Positions 42,201-55,600 of a stretch of DNA of 64,000 nucleotides are shown one piece after another (the stretch's first letter is position 1; each line of letters starts with the position of its first letter). Both the position numbers and the translations under genes were made by a program. This stretch comes from Hormiphora californensis (lineage: Eukaryota; Animalia; Ctenophora). The DNA lies in the NCBI GenBank assembly GCA_020137815.1, contig CM035357.1, positions 1,364,001 through 1,428,000 on the forward strand, given 5' to 3'. Under the pieces are notes generated by a model. It worked only from the letters and a program-made list of their open reading frames with translations, made no database searches and was not told the DNA's origin.

Positions 42201-42946
42201 GAGAATGCTCGTTGTTAATCGTCTACAGAGTTATTAGGAATAATAGAGACTTTCTGCTACAATAAGGGTGTATACATGTACAGTCGGACCCCGATTTACC
42301 GGGATGCTCGGGGGAAAGGGTTTTACCCGGTAAATCGGGGTCCGACTAGATATTAGAAGTGATAGAGACTTTTAAATGCGGCACTGAAGCCGGTAACTTT
42401 TAGCTGAAATCGTTTCATAAACTGATACCAGATACACTCGGAGCAGGAACCGACCGAAACAAATAAACAACCAATCAGAACTCGTTATTTAGGTCACGTG
42501 ACTGGTTATCAGCCAATCAGGGACCAGTATTTCCTGATTCGGTCGGTTCATGACTCGGAGCCCGGTTTACTACCGTGTATACGAGGATCTTGTTGTACAA
42601 GTTAGCTCCCGTTTGAGCTCGCTGCCAGCCACTATACAGCTCCTTGTTATCCGCATCAATAATAGTGATACTATCAGATATATTGGAAAATTCCAATGTT
42701 GCCGGATCCAAATTTACAGCAGGATACGCTGAAACGAAATTCGTTTTTTGTGCCTTTTTTGTGGAAATATAAGAATCAATGTTATCTATGTTTACTCTTG
42801 CCTAGCTCGACCCTCTTTTCGCGAGCTCCGCCATCCCTTTACAAATGTAAAGGAGGGTTAAAACAAGTTTACTCACTAGTAAGGGTTTCACCAGCTACTA
42901 AACCCATTTGAGTAGCAAGTAGAGCAGAGAGAAGAAACGACAACAT
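39237..42946 (-). CDS. Large secreted, probably GPI-anchored protein: signal peptide, Ig-like domains, Cys-rich repeats, C-terminal LU/three-finger-like domain
   Basis: Exons 42877-42946 (MLSFLLSALLATQMGLVAG), ~42574-42728, ~42130-42222, 41994-~41706, then the 771-aa ORF. Ig-like IQWYRW..YGGYYFVNI; C-x-G-x2-C repeats; ends CKTDGCS plus a hydrophobic tail. The 41584-41705 junction is unresolved. Confidence 0.8.
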
Positions 42947-43557
42947 GTCGTTGGAAAGTTGTTATGAACAAATGTGATGAGCTAGCATGAGAGGGGATGC
43001 TAGCATGGGATATATGTGGAGCGGAGGAGGGTCGTGGTGCTTGCACAATTCACATAGTACATGTATACTATTTTTTATCCCACCTCTTTTTCTCTCTTCT
43101 CCTTTTCTGTCTATCCTTTAACCTCTTTATTCTTCTTTCTCTCAGCGTAATCCTGGTTCAAATAATAAACTCTTAGTTTGAAATACAATTTTCAAAAACA
43201 AAACAAAAATTCTCATTAAATACGAGATGGAAAATACACATTTTAACATCAAATAGTAAAGTTTAAATGATTTTACCGCATATTTTGTGCAAACATGACC
43301 AATGCAAAGTCAAATGTCACAGACACTGTCTCAATTTGCTCGACCCGATCTCACCACGCCCCACGATGGTGAAAAATAAAAAGAGATTCAACAAAACAAA
43401 ATCTTAATGTAACCTGCACCTTTTTATATTTTGCCACTTCTTCCACAACTAAACAAAACAAGTCCCACTGGCTTTTTCAGTCCCTTCAAAACTTGTTAAT
43501 AACAAGTAAATTGTGGCAAATCCCTTATTTGGGAAGCTTTTCATGGTCAACTGTCAG

Positions 43558-43742
43558 CCCCTAACAAGGCTGCAATAGTACCAACCGCTCTCACCAACCA
43601 ACCAAGTGTGTTATCCGTGACCCCTAACAAGGCTGCAATAGTACCAACCGCTCTCACCAACCAACCAAGTGTTATCCGTGACCCCTAACAAGGCTACAAT
43701 AGTATCAACCGCTCTCACCAACCAACCAAGTGTTATCCGTGG
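43558..43742. repeat. Three 61-63-bp tandem copies that include the GPCR stop codon
   Basis: CCCTAACAAGGCT..TGTTATCCGTG repeated; the minus strand reads CACGGATAA in each copy. Confidence 0.9.
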
Positions 43743-46700
43743 CCATTGTGCTTGTGGTACAGTGAGATGCTGCGTTGCCGCTGTTTGTGTTTGAAGCGGG
43801 GAGAAAAGCTGGGGACGGATTTTGTAGCGATGAGGTTGTTAGTAGACTCAGGGGCGGTGTCACTGATTAGAGAGTGCTTACTAGGCTCACTTTGATCTAG
43901 ACCTCCACCGTTCCTATCTGAAACATGTCGTGTGGATAATGGTCTAGGTAATGTAGGGATTTTGTAAATGCACAGTCGTGCTCATGTCGTGGATAATGGC
44001 ACAGGCTGAACAGTGATGATGTGCCGGCCAAAGTGCTCGACAGTAGGAGCTTGAACTAACCTAGTTTCAATTAGATAATGACCCAGTGATATTGTTGGGA
44101 TTTCGGAAAAGTTTAAAGAAGATGGTTTATTTTACCCTTTGATTTGACGGAGGATGCTTTGTGATGATTTCCACCGCCACCGGGAGTCGGTAAGGGTTGG
44201 GAAAGAGATCCTTGAAGGGAGATGGCGCCATCATTTTCATCATCTCCACACTTTGATCCCCACCTCTGAGACAAGAAAGAGTGAGAGAAACGCGCTAGCT
44301 AAAGACGACTGACATAGTTCAGCCGCAAGCTCCTGATTTTTGATTGAATTTCAGTATGTACATACTACCAACACATGACTGGCTGAAAAAGGTTCTACCT
44401 GGGACTAGATAAATCCACTCACCCTGTAAGACTTCCGGACGAAAAAGAACATTGCTTGAAAGAGTCCTCGGTGGGTTTTACGTTTGTCTGTGTGAAGAAG
44501 AGTCTGTCCATACAGAAATGGGTTGGCAGCAGCGCTGATAAATAGGAATCCACCCAGACTGAGGTTGTGCCAGTACATCCTGTGTGGGAAATTAACCTTT
44601 TTTTTTAAATTCACTAATTAACACACTTGTTGTTGACCAGCAGATATTTTCTAATCCCTGTCTCAGACTCAAATATCAATATATCATATAATGCATGAAG
44701 GAGGAAAATTAAAAAATATCTGGCCGGGGTCGAACCGACTGCCCATATAAATGTTATATGATACGTTTTCCTCAATAGACTCTATCAAGACATATTTTCT
44801 GTCACTACTTGTTACTTACCCTCCAAAGGGATCCTTGTTACCCTACTTACCCTCCAAAGCAGCCACCCAGGGTAAGGTTGTGGTGAAGGGTCCACGCTGG
44901 TCCCTGGGTACCACTCATGTCTTGGAAGAACTCGAGAACTCCATCAATATACCATGGAGTGTAGAAGATAATGAAACATAGAAGGAGCTTTATGGTCATC
45001 ATTAGTGAGTCACGCTCTCTGGCTGGCCTGTTTGGGTGATTGGAGGGGGTCGAAGGAATTATATCATTACACGTATCATTGCAGACCTCTTACACCCGAT
45101 AGGGCTCACACCCGATAGGGCCCTCAGGGGGCAGGGGTAACGTATTCCAAGTAATATTCTAACCTGTATTGATTGTTTCGGTGACTGACTTGCTTGGTCC
45201 GGTATAGTCGGAAGAGGAATGATGAGAGATAGACAAGGGAGAGAAGGGTAACTGCACCAGGTAGCAAGAAGGGAACAAGGATCTGGCCCGCTACGGAGAG
45301 TGATTTGTTGGTCTTGTTCCTCAGAACAACCTGCGGGTAGTAGTTGGTGTTGTAAACAACCAATCAGAACTCGTTATTTAGGTCACGTGACTGGTTATCA
45401 GCCAATCAGGGACCAGCATTTCCTGATTCGGTCGGTTCCTGGCTGTGGCACGGATAGTTGGTGTATAATGGGAGTAGTCACTGTGTGGTAATACTTATCG
45501 GAGACTAAATGCAGAATGATCGCAGACTGAAATGAGGTAATAATATTCTAGATGGGAGAGAGAGAGGAGAGAGAGGAAGGGAGAGAAAATGAGATGGCAG
45601 AATGAAAATAATTCTTGGGTCTAAAATCAGACTGTACATTGCCAGTATGGCCTAATCTTTGATCTTTGAAATTCTTGGATTTCACTTCATGAAATGAAAT
45701 GGAACAAGATTTAATCCTGATCAGATCTCATTCACTCTAGGAAATAAAATAGAATTTCACAGAATACCCACTGATTTGTTGGTTCCTGATTTCTACACCC
45801 ACCACACAAAGACCAGCACTGCGGCTGCAGTACTCAGCATGGAAATACTGGTCCCTGATTGGCTGATAACCAGTCACGTGACCTAAATAACGAGTTCTGA
45901 TTGGTTGTTTACTCGGTTCCTGCACAGAACACTCACCACACAGAGACCAGCACTGCGGCTGTACTCAGCATTGGATATTTTCCCGTCGTAAGAGTAGACT
46001 GAGGATACTAGTACAAGAATCCAAGCCAGACAAGTAGCAGCTATCGTCCGCGGTATTGAGCAAATCTGAATTGGATGTAGGGTTGGTATACGCTACAGGC
46101 CCCTTATGCGGGGGTGTGCACATGAGGGGGCTGCAGTGCATTCCAGGATGTAGGGAGGGATATCGGTCAAAAGTTCATGGAGGGGAAATATACATTTATG
46201 AGCTCGCTTGTGGCTATTTCGAAAAGGTAGTCAATTACACTTCGATCCTAATCTCACAAAGATTTATAAAAAAGTAAAGTGAACTTACCCTTCCAACCCT
46301 TAGAGGTGCAAAGACGCATATAACCCGGAAGAGGGCGATGAATGTCACGAAGATGATTGAGATACGGGCACAGCAGCTATGTAGAAACACCACTACCACT
46401 GAAAGTAATAATGATAGCTACTGGAATTACACAAATTAAATTGCACTAGTAAATGTAAATCGCGATATATCTAATAATTGTGGACAGTTGTTTCTTTTAT
46501 TTTCCTATCCTTGGCTTTAAAACTTAACTCTCCCTTATGTTTGGCCTAACTTAACTAACCTGTGATGGTGCTACCGGGCGAACCAAGTATATCCCTTCCA
46601 TTTAGAAGACCATGTATGGTAGCCCACACTGGTATCGTCAGGATGATAATATCACCCGCTGCCAAGTTGCTCACTAGGGTAAAGAAACTCGCTTTCGACT

Positions 46701-46929
46701 GGTTTGTTCTGTATCTCAGCGTACTAAACATCTGGTAGAACAGGTATCCATTCTCTGAGATACCCATTATTGACAAACACAGATAGAGAATTCCAAGACT
46801 GGTATCAAATGACCTGACCCAGGGTTTCTCCAGACACTCTGTGACTAGTTTCGTGTAGTTGGCTCCTTGTTCTGGCATTATGAAGGGTTTAGCTGCAACC
46901 GTTACAAGTTGAGTCGGGTCCACATCCAT
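43733..46929 (-). CDS. Rhodopsin-like (class A) GPCR, ~8 exons
   Basis: TM1 GISENG; TM2 NLAAGD; TM3 FIALFRVICVFAPL (46290-46399); TM4 AWILVL; TM5 LVPFLLPG; TM6 CFIIFYTPW (44850-45030); TM7 SAAANPFLY (44421-44579). Tail exons end at TAA 43733. Confidence 0.85.
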
Positions 46930-47970
46930 TATATTGAACTTGGATGGATTCCTATATACTGGAACAACTTGGATGGATGGATTCCAATTCTCTATACTGC
47001 GACAAGTTACATAATGGAACTATATGGGATGTGGTTCACTGTTACACTCACAAGAAAGGGCAGAAAGTTGGCATGTGCTGCAGTCCTTTGGTGACGCAGT
47101 CACCCTTACAACTCGCGCGCGTAGCACGCGAAAACGAAGCCCGCGAAGCAGAGAGGTGATGGCATCACCAATGCAGTCCTCTAGCGTGTAAGTTTGTGGC
47201 GGCTACAAGAGGGGACTGCAGCGTTTGCCAAAGTTAAAGAAACAGTGTTAAATCTAAAGGGGTTCACGCCCATGGCAACCGCTCAAATAAACACAACAAT
47301 TCAGACAAATAAAGGCAGACTAAAGAATTATATTATCTCTCTTTTATTATTATTATCTCCCTCCTATGTAAAGTTAGAGGCAGTGTGTAATTATCCAGGC
47401 TCTACTGACATATGTTTCTATTGTCAAGGGACGGGCTGGCTACAAATTAAGGGGCCATTACGGGGGCAAAGTTGTATTGTAACAACAAAACTATAACAAT
47501 GTCAGTAGCAAGGTTAGCTCCACAAACAAACCAAAGGACCACAAATTAAGTATCCTAAGTAATTCCTAACTATTAGTTTATGACGTGTCAAAAGTGATCT
47601 AAGAAGGAATCTCCTCCTCTGGTATAGGCTGCTTACTACTTATATGTTTTACTAAAGTCAGATTTTTAAGTAGTCACCAGTTAGTGTAGTCACCCCTCCC
47701 CTTCTTGTGCACTCGTTTTTTGGTGAGCTTGTCAAAAGTTGATAAATGTCACATGCGTGTGAAAAAGGGGGTGACTAAATCCTACTCTACTACTACTAGT
47801 ATCGGCTGCCTGTGCTGCACTATTACAAAATGAAGAGGTGGTGTGGGAGAGAATTAAACCACGTGATGCACCTGATCATCTTTCTCCCACTCTTTCCCTC
47901 CTGCTCATTCTCTCCATCTTACTAATGCTTTTCTCTTTCTCCATTTCTTTCTCTCTTTCCTTCCCCGCCG

Positions 47971-48065
<95 letters not shown>

Positions 48066-49695
48066 CCACCATTATCCCACAAGAAGAGGAGCATGGTACA
48101 AGGTATCTAGCTCCACGGAAATCACTTTCCTGCAGATCTACTAATCTCGCCAAGCGAGAGAGAAAGAGAGGGAGAGAGAGAGATAGTATGGTATCTGGAA
48201 GGTGGGAAAGAGTGCATATTATAAGTCTTGGGATAGGGAAATGACACACACGAAGAAAGATAAAGAGGAAGATAATATCTTAAGATGGGAAGCCATCAGG
48301 AACCGACCGAATCAGAAAATAATGGTCCCTGATTGGCTGATAACCAGTCACGTGACCTAAATAACGACTTCTGATTGGTAGTTTACTTGTTTCGGTCGGT
48401 TCCTGGAAGCCATACGACTAATGAGGCTAAATGGGAAAATATATATTTAGGGCACAACGGTCTTTGAAAGTTGTTTTGTTCAAACAAGGCAAGTTCAAAG
48501 TTGAAAGCAGTGTTCGTTAGCTGAAACTTTTTGTGTGTTTGCATTTTTTGTTTGTTTTTTGTGATCTGTGAAGAAGATAAGACTATCAAGGCTCAGGTAT
48601 GGCTACTCACATAAACTTGATTGGCAACACCCATCACATAGCAACACCCACATAGCAACACCCACATAGCAACACCCATCACATAGCAACACCCACATAG
48701 CAACACCCACATAGCAACCTGCAACACCCATCACATAGCAAGGCAAATTGTATACGAGAAGTGATCGAAAGAACAACATGGGTCAAGGTCGAAACTTGAA
48801 CCTCAATACGACAATGAGATGATTTAATACCTGATCAATCGGTGTAATATCTGTAACCTTGCACCTACCCCAGTCTCTCACTTGGGAATAACTTTACGTG
48901 TAGTTTTACACATGGAATAATGAAGGGGTTTTGTTATGTTCTAGCCCTCCTTTACATTTGTGTTTCGCGGGCGGGGCCGACGAAACACAGTCTAGCTAGG
49001 CAAGAAGGGGTGTACAGCATACTGAATGCGACAAGTGTTGAGTGAATACTTATAAAGTGACATATTTTTCGAAGTAAAGCAAGTGTTTCAGTCATACAAT
49101 GACAGATCTGTGTAAGTTATCCTGTACGAGTAACAATTAGTGTGTTAGAAGGGTTAATCACAAGGACATGTGTGAATGAAATTATCAAAATATGTTAGAA
49201 AGATCCTAGGCCTACGAATATATTTGTTGAGTAACTAAAAAAGAGGTGTACCTGACGCGATCTGAATTTGTCAATAATATCAACACAAATGAGCCAATTA
49301 TACCAACATCAATTTATCTCCCCCTCCATCTAACTCCCTCAAACTTAGCCCGTCTCTGTATCTGTATCTGGCAGGAGCGGATAATTACAATCGTAACATT
49401 ACATCGGCCAATTAAAACGGAGAGGCATACGGAGAGGCATTCCTTCTCCCTTCAATTCATTATCCCCCCATACTTCCCTTCTTTTCATTATCCCCCAGCA
49501 ACTTTGTCCAATTACCTCTCATCTCTCACTCCCTCAGTTTCTCTCTAGTCTCTCCTTCTCTCCCAGTACTCTTAACTTTCCCATCGGATTTCGTTTGATA
49601 ACGTTCATCATGCCAAATGAAAGACACAAATTGGCACCTTTCCAGCATTTTACTAACTTATCTCGCCCCATCATTATAGCTCAAGATGACATGAT

Positions 49696-52600
49696 ATGGT
49701 GTACACTAGGAAGACCAAGTTATCACGGTTACCCGCTGAACACATTTACAAGTTAACCCAGAGTTTAACCGTTGCACCTGATACACGAGGATGGAGGCCG
49801 CTAATTGCTTTTCTCAACTTAAACATGGGTACGTTGCCTTCTTGGTAAACCTTCCTTACTCTACCCTCTAGCTTCTACAAAAAGCTTCTAAAAATGAGAT
49901 GGGTTAGAACAATTCCCATTTGAAATTATTTGTGTTGTGAATGTCAGAACAAACTCTGGCAAATGCGAGAACTGCTGCAGCAGCTCCCAGCTGCAAACCC
50001 TCGGGTTAGAACATAACAAAAGTCAGCATTTCTCTAACACTCCTCTTATTCAGCGGAGGCGAGGATGTGTGAGGTAGGAGGCGGGGCAGAAGCAGTGATT
50101 GATTTGATACTTCAGCGAGGTTGGAATGTAGGGAAGCTAATGGATACCTTGAAGAAAATAGGAAATGAAGCCGCTGCAGCTGATATTGCTTGTGTTGTTA
50201 GTATTGAGCCAGATGCAAAACCGAGTAAGTTTTGAAGTGATGCAACCTTGATCAGATCATTGTGATTTGTTACTTTTGTGGGGAATATAATATCCTCAGT
50301 CACACTTGAATAATAATATTAATCTCCTCTCAGTCACAATTGAATAATAATATTAATCTCTTCAGTCACACTAGAATAATAATAATAATCTTCTCAGTCC
50401 TGATAGCGGGTCAGCTAGAATTACAGAGTGGGGAAACGTTACAACTCCAAGTCAATGCCCCTGCCTCCTACACAGACCTGCAGTGGTATCATGGAAAGGA
50501 ATGTTTACCAGCGGAGAAATCACGGGACCTCTCCATACCTAATGTATGTGTGTGTAATTCGCAGAGACGTGTACATCCGGAAATAAAATGTCTTTCGATG
50601 CGAATTTTAATGTTTTTCTTTCTCTTTCCAGGTTTCAGAAGCTGATATAGGTCGCTATAGTGTCCGATTGGAATCGGGCTCTGGTGTTGTCAAATGGGTG
50701 CACTGCGAAGTTAGCATCAGAAATATAGGTCAGTTTTAGTTTTATCTCTCGCTCTATGACTCATGCCCGCAAAGTGAGATCACATAGCTTCTGGGCAGAG
50801 CGCGCGCGCGGAGCACCGAATGTCTTGTGGGTATAGTGTCAGCATCGGAACGTGCGCGAGCATGCGCGGTCACAACAATAAACTGGCAATGGTACCACAA
50901 ATAAACAACAGATTTGGTCTAATTTGAAAAACAATGACCACAATTGATTAGATAAGATTAAATTCACTCCCCTTCGCTCTGTTTCAATTATTGTTTCATC
51001 AACAGTTTTACAGAGCAAACAAATTGTAGAAATAAGAAACTTCAACCGGCGTTGATGATAAAACTGATGTGCTGTAGAGAGACAACGTGTTTACTTTCAT
51101 GGTATTGTACTTCAATCGTCCCCATCCGAATCTCCATTAATAGAAGAACTAGACAGCAGCGGTTTCATCTCAATGTCTCCCTTAACCGTCTCTCCGGAAC
51201 TTCGTTTAACAGTCATTACAGCCACACAACAAATCCGCCCCAAACTAAACATGAACAGCAGGAACAAACCTACAAATATCACTATGTACAACAAATTGAC
51301 TCCTTCCCCTGCTATGTAGGAGTCAGAATCAGAGTGGTGGTCCTCGATAGGATTATCATGATGTAGGCAGTTCTCATCGTTACAGATGTGACTGTTACTG
51401 CACTCTGTTAGGACTTGTTCAATAGTGACCTGGGAGTGTGCTTGGTTACAACGAATGTAGAATTGAGAATTCATTGCTTCATGATCCTGCTATCAAATGT
51501 TCAAACCGGGGCGCGGTGAGAGAGGTTCGAGCAAGGCTAGCTCGATCCTCCCTCCTAAACAAACGTACTACTCCTGTCAGGGCATCGTCACGACAGTGCT
51601 AATCAGTACTTACCCCATTCATATGTTCCTCTAGTAACTCCTGGATGTAAAACCCGATGACCTGACAGAAGAACCTTGTCATCTTGTAAGCAGCAAAACA
51701 TTCACTATAGTGAAAATGTAGGCTGATATCAAACATATCACCAGTTTGAGTTTCAAACGTTGTAGCATTAAAGAGGCCAGAAAAGCTTATGCAGGATTCC
51801 GATTCATCCGTTGTGTCGTTAGAGGCTTTGCACGTCTTGATGTCAGATGAGCGGCATAATTCTGCGGGGAAATGAATACTGTTTAGGCTATTAATCAGAC
51901 TGTTTGAGCTGTTATGATCGGTAGATAGCCAGAGAAATTCATGTAAGAAACCAAAGTGAAGTGTGATCTACTGAGTACTGACCATAGTTATCAAATAACT
52001 GTCCTCCCTGCGACAGTGATTCTTCAGCCACAACCCCGTTAGTAAACTGCAGGCATCCATCATAGCACTGAATAGCTTCAGTCACGGGCAGGATGAAGGT
52101 GCTAACTATGAAACACAAGACAAGTGGCATAACTACTGAAATCTGAAAATGATGTCCTAACAAATCATACTGAAAGAATTGTATTTTTCGTGCTCCTTCA
52201 TAAAACTTTTCTACTCTCTGGGAAAACAATAATTAGGGGTCTTTTTCACTAAACTGGCTGTCTTTGATTGACTTATTGTCCGTATTTCACTCTGTTTTTC
52301 ATCATCGTCTACCCCTCATTGCCCAGAGGCGGTCGAAGTTGCTGTTGTAGAGTTGTTGTAGAAGACTCTGGAAATGTGTTTCCTTGGTGAAATTGCTCCC
52401 ACCACAAACTTCCTGAAGCTCTTCAGTGTTGCCATGTAGATGAGCGGGTTGAGGCTGTTGTTCAGGAACTTGACAAACGCTCCGTACCTGTACAAATATA
52501 ATCTGTTACACACAATGGGGTAAGTGGTATCAATTCCTAAATTGGTGGTGTTTTGCTATACTTGCGACAGTGATATTGAGCACACAGTTACCTGCTGAGA

Positions 52601-55600
52601 TAAAGGAAGATATCTTCGTCACCATCTTTTAATGAACTGTCCACCACCCAATACACACCTGTAGGAATAAACCAAATAAGTACACATTGGAATGTATAGA
52701 ATGGAATGTATAAAACATATAACGGAATGTATAAAGTGAAATGTATTTGAAATAATGATCATGGCTTGAATTGCTGTTTACCAAGAACCGACCGAAACAA
52801 GTAAACAACCAATCAGAACTCGTTATTTAGATCACGTGATTGGTTATCAGCCAATCAGGGACCAGTATTTCCTGATTCGGTTGGTTCCTGCGGTTTACCT
52901 ATGGGAGCGTATGAAATGATGTACACCAAAGAAACGGGAATGAGTGTGAACATGGCCTGTTTATTTTCCCCAGTAACTTTCTTCACATAGCAAAGGAGGG
53001 CTGCTGTGGTTATCAGTACAATAACATTGGGTCCTAGTAGGAAGATACCCATCAGAGTGGGTCCCAGCCACTCCCAGATACCATCCGAGGAACTGTAGTT
53101 GCACCTGTATAGAGGTAGTGAGGTCAATTCAGTGGGCGGCTGTGGGCCTCACAACTGTAGTGGGTAGTGAGGTTAACTCAGTGTGCGACTGTGGGCTTCA
53201 CAACTGTAGAGGTATAGTCGAGGTCAACACTCAGTCTGTGTCTCTATACAGTATACACACAACAGTAGTGGGTGGAACATACTGGATCGGTACAGAACAT
53301 ACTCACACATGACACAGACACACACGACACAGACACAGACACAGACACACACACTGCAGACAGTAGACACACACATAAAACTTATACCTGTAGATTCTCC
53401 AATCAAACCGTGACGGTCTCCCTATTCCTATCAGTGGGTAAAGGTGGGCAAGTGCCACAGCGATGGCACTGAAAACCAGCCCATGCTTTTTGGTCCTGGA
53501 CCGGGCAGCAAATGGTCGCATCAGGACGGCCAACTTGTTGATATTCAGGGCACAAATCAGCAGAATATCAGTCAAGCAGAAGGCATATTGGATGTAGGTG
53601 GAAACCTCGCAAAGCCACGATACTCCCTGATACTGCCAACCATTGATAGTGACGGATATTGCCACTTGAAGGATGACGAACACCCCATAAACCATATCTG
53701 CAATCGCTATCCCCTCTACTAACGTTTTAGTCACCTGAAACAGCATTCAGTTGGACCCCGATTTACTGGGGTGCTCAGGGAAAAGATTAAATAGGAAACC
53801 GGTAAATCGGGGCCCGACTGTACCATTGTATTACAACCAGTGTCAACCACACAACTAGAAAGCCCCTAGATACAGTTCATCAGCTATACATATATATACC
53901 AGAAATCCCTTTATAAGCAAAGATATATAGAACTCTGAATATTTTACTCGACACTCACCTCCCCACTGCACTAACCTCCCCACTGCACTCACCTCATCTA
54001 GTTTTATTGCGTGGTATTTTAGTGAGGCAACCAGTACTACCGCATTTCCTGGAAATATTTCACAATTATATTAGAGGTTTCTTGAAAATCAAAGGACCGA
54101 CGGTAAACATAAGCTAATTGACTATCAATTAGCTTACGTGTTCCGTCAATGACAGAAGCTTTCGAGAACACTGTCTTTCACGTCTTCACTCTTCAGCTTT
54201 TGACTAACCTAGTACAGCTAGCAGCCCTGTCCCATAGCAAACCTACCTAGTACAGCTAGCAAGCCTGTCCCATAGCACCACGCTGCAAATGCCCCTCGGA
54301 CAGCAGGTGATTCAAATTCGTAATAAGATTGGTTCCAAGGGGGTACGAACATGATTCTAAAATCTAATTTGTGTTGTTGAGTAAGTGAGTGGGACTCAAC
54401 AAAATTTGTGGGCATTCCATCTCCTGGAGGGGAAATCCACACAATTTATACTTCTGGAGGTTAGGTGAAACTTTAGCTTTAGTAAAGCAAAAGGTTGGAA
54501 CAGCGGGCCAAATAATTTGGAAATTAGATGTTTAGTAGTAAACAAACAAGCACTAAGGTGATTTAATTATTTGCGTTTTTGGCGCTGTCACCAGAATACT
54601 TTACTGTGAAATATTGGACTAACTAACCACCAGGAACCGACCGGACCAAGTAAACAACCAATCAGAACTCGTTATTTAGGTCACGTGACTAGTTATCAGC
54701 CAATCAGGGACCAGTATTTCCTGATTCGGTCGGTTCCTGCTAACCACTAACTTCACTCACCCACCTTCCTTGTTTCAGGAACAGAAACGAGACTATGTGT
54801 TTTAACAAAACTTCCTATTTTTCAGTCGAGACACTACGATTTGTGCTGCAGCCCCAAGACTGTACCATCAATGAATCCACCACAACCGCTCATTTCTTTG
54901 TGGACGTCAGACCCCTCACAGCCTCCCTTCAGTGGTACTGCGATGGGGTCCTAATGCACGGGCAGACTGAACCCTACCTGGCCGTGCAGAATCTGAACAG
55001 GAGTGCACACAGGTATACATACAGAACATGGTCTTAGTTATTTCTTCTGAGTTCTACATGTGATAGAGTTCTGGAGAATAGGAGTCCAAATCTAACAGTT
55101 TCGAAATTAAAATACGCTGATATCAGGCCTGAAATATTTCTCTCATTCTAATACCATCTACCAGGAACCGACCGAATCAGTAAATACTGGTCCCTGATTG
55201 GCTGATAACCAGTCACGTGACCTAAATAACGAGTTCTGATTGGTTGTTTACTTGTTTCGGTCGGTTCCTACCATCTATACCTCTCCCAACGTACCAGGCG
55301 ACAGTACAGCTGTGTGGCTCGTCTAGAGGGAGAAAACATTGAAACCCAGAAAGCGCTAATCAGATGGTCAGCCACTCCAGGACCAAACTTTACGGAAAGT
55401 GGTGGTAACATTGAATCAGCTACTGACAAGGTTGCCCTGGTGATTGGAAATCAGAGTTATCATGAACCAACTTTTGGTGATATTGTACACGCTGAGGATG
55501 ATGCGAGGGATATTAGTGATTGTCTCCGGGCCCTCAATTTCAAGGTAGGACTAGGAAGTACAAACAAACAAACAAACAAACAAACAAACAAACAAAAGGT

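Noticed and set aside
49948-50017. Extra MALT1 exon (NKLWQMRELLQQ..)
   Set aside because: Exons 1 and 2 already join in phase, and the segment ends in the micro-element family C terminus.
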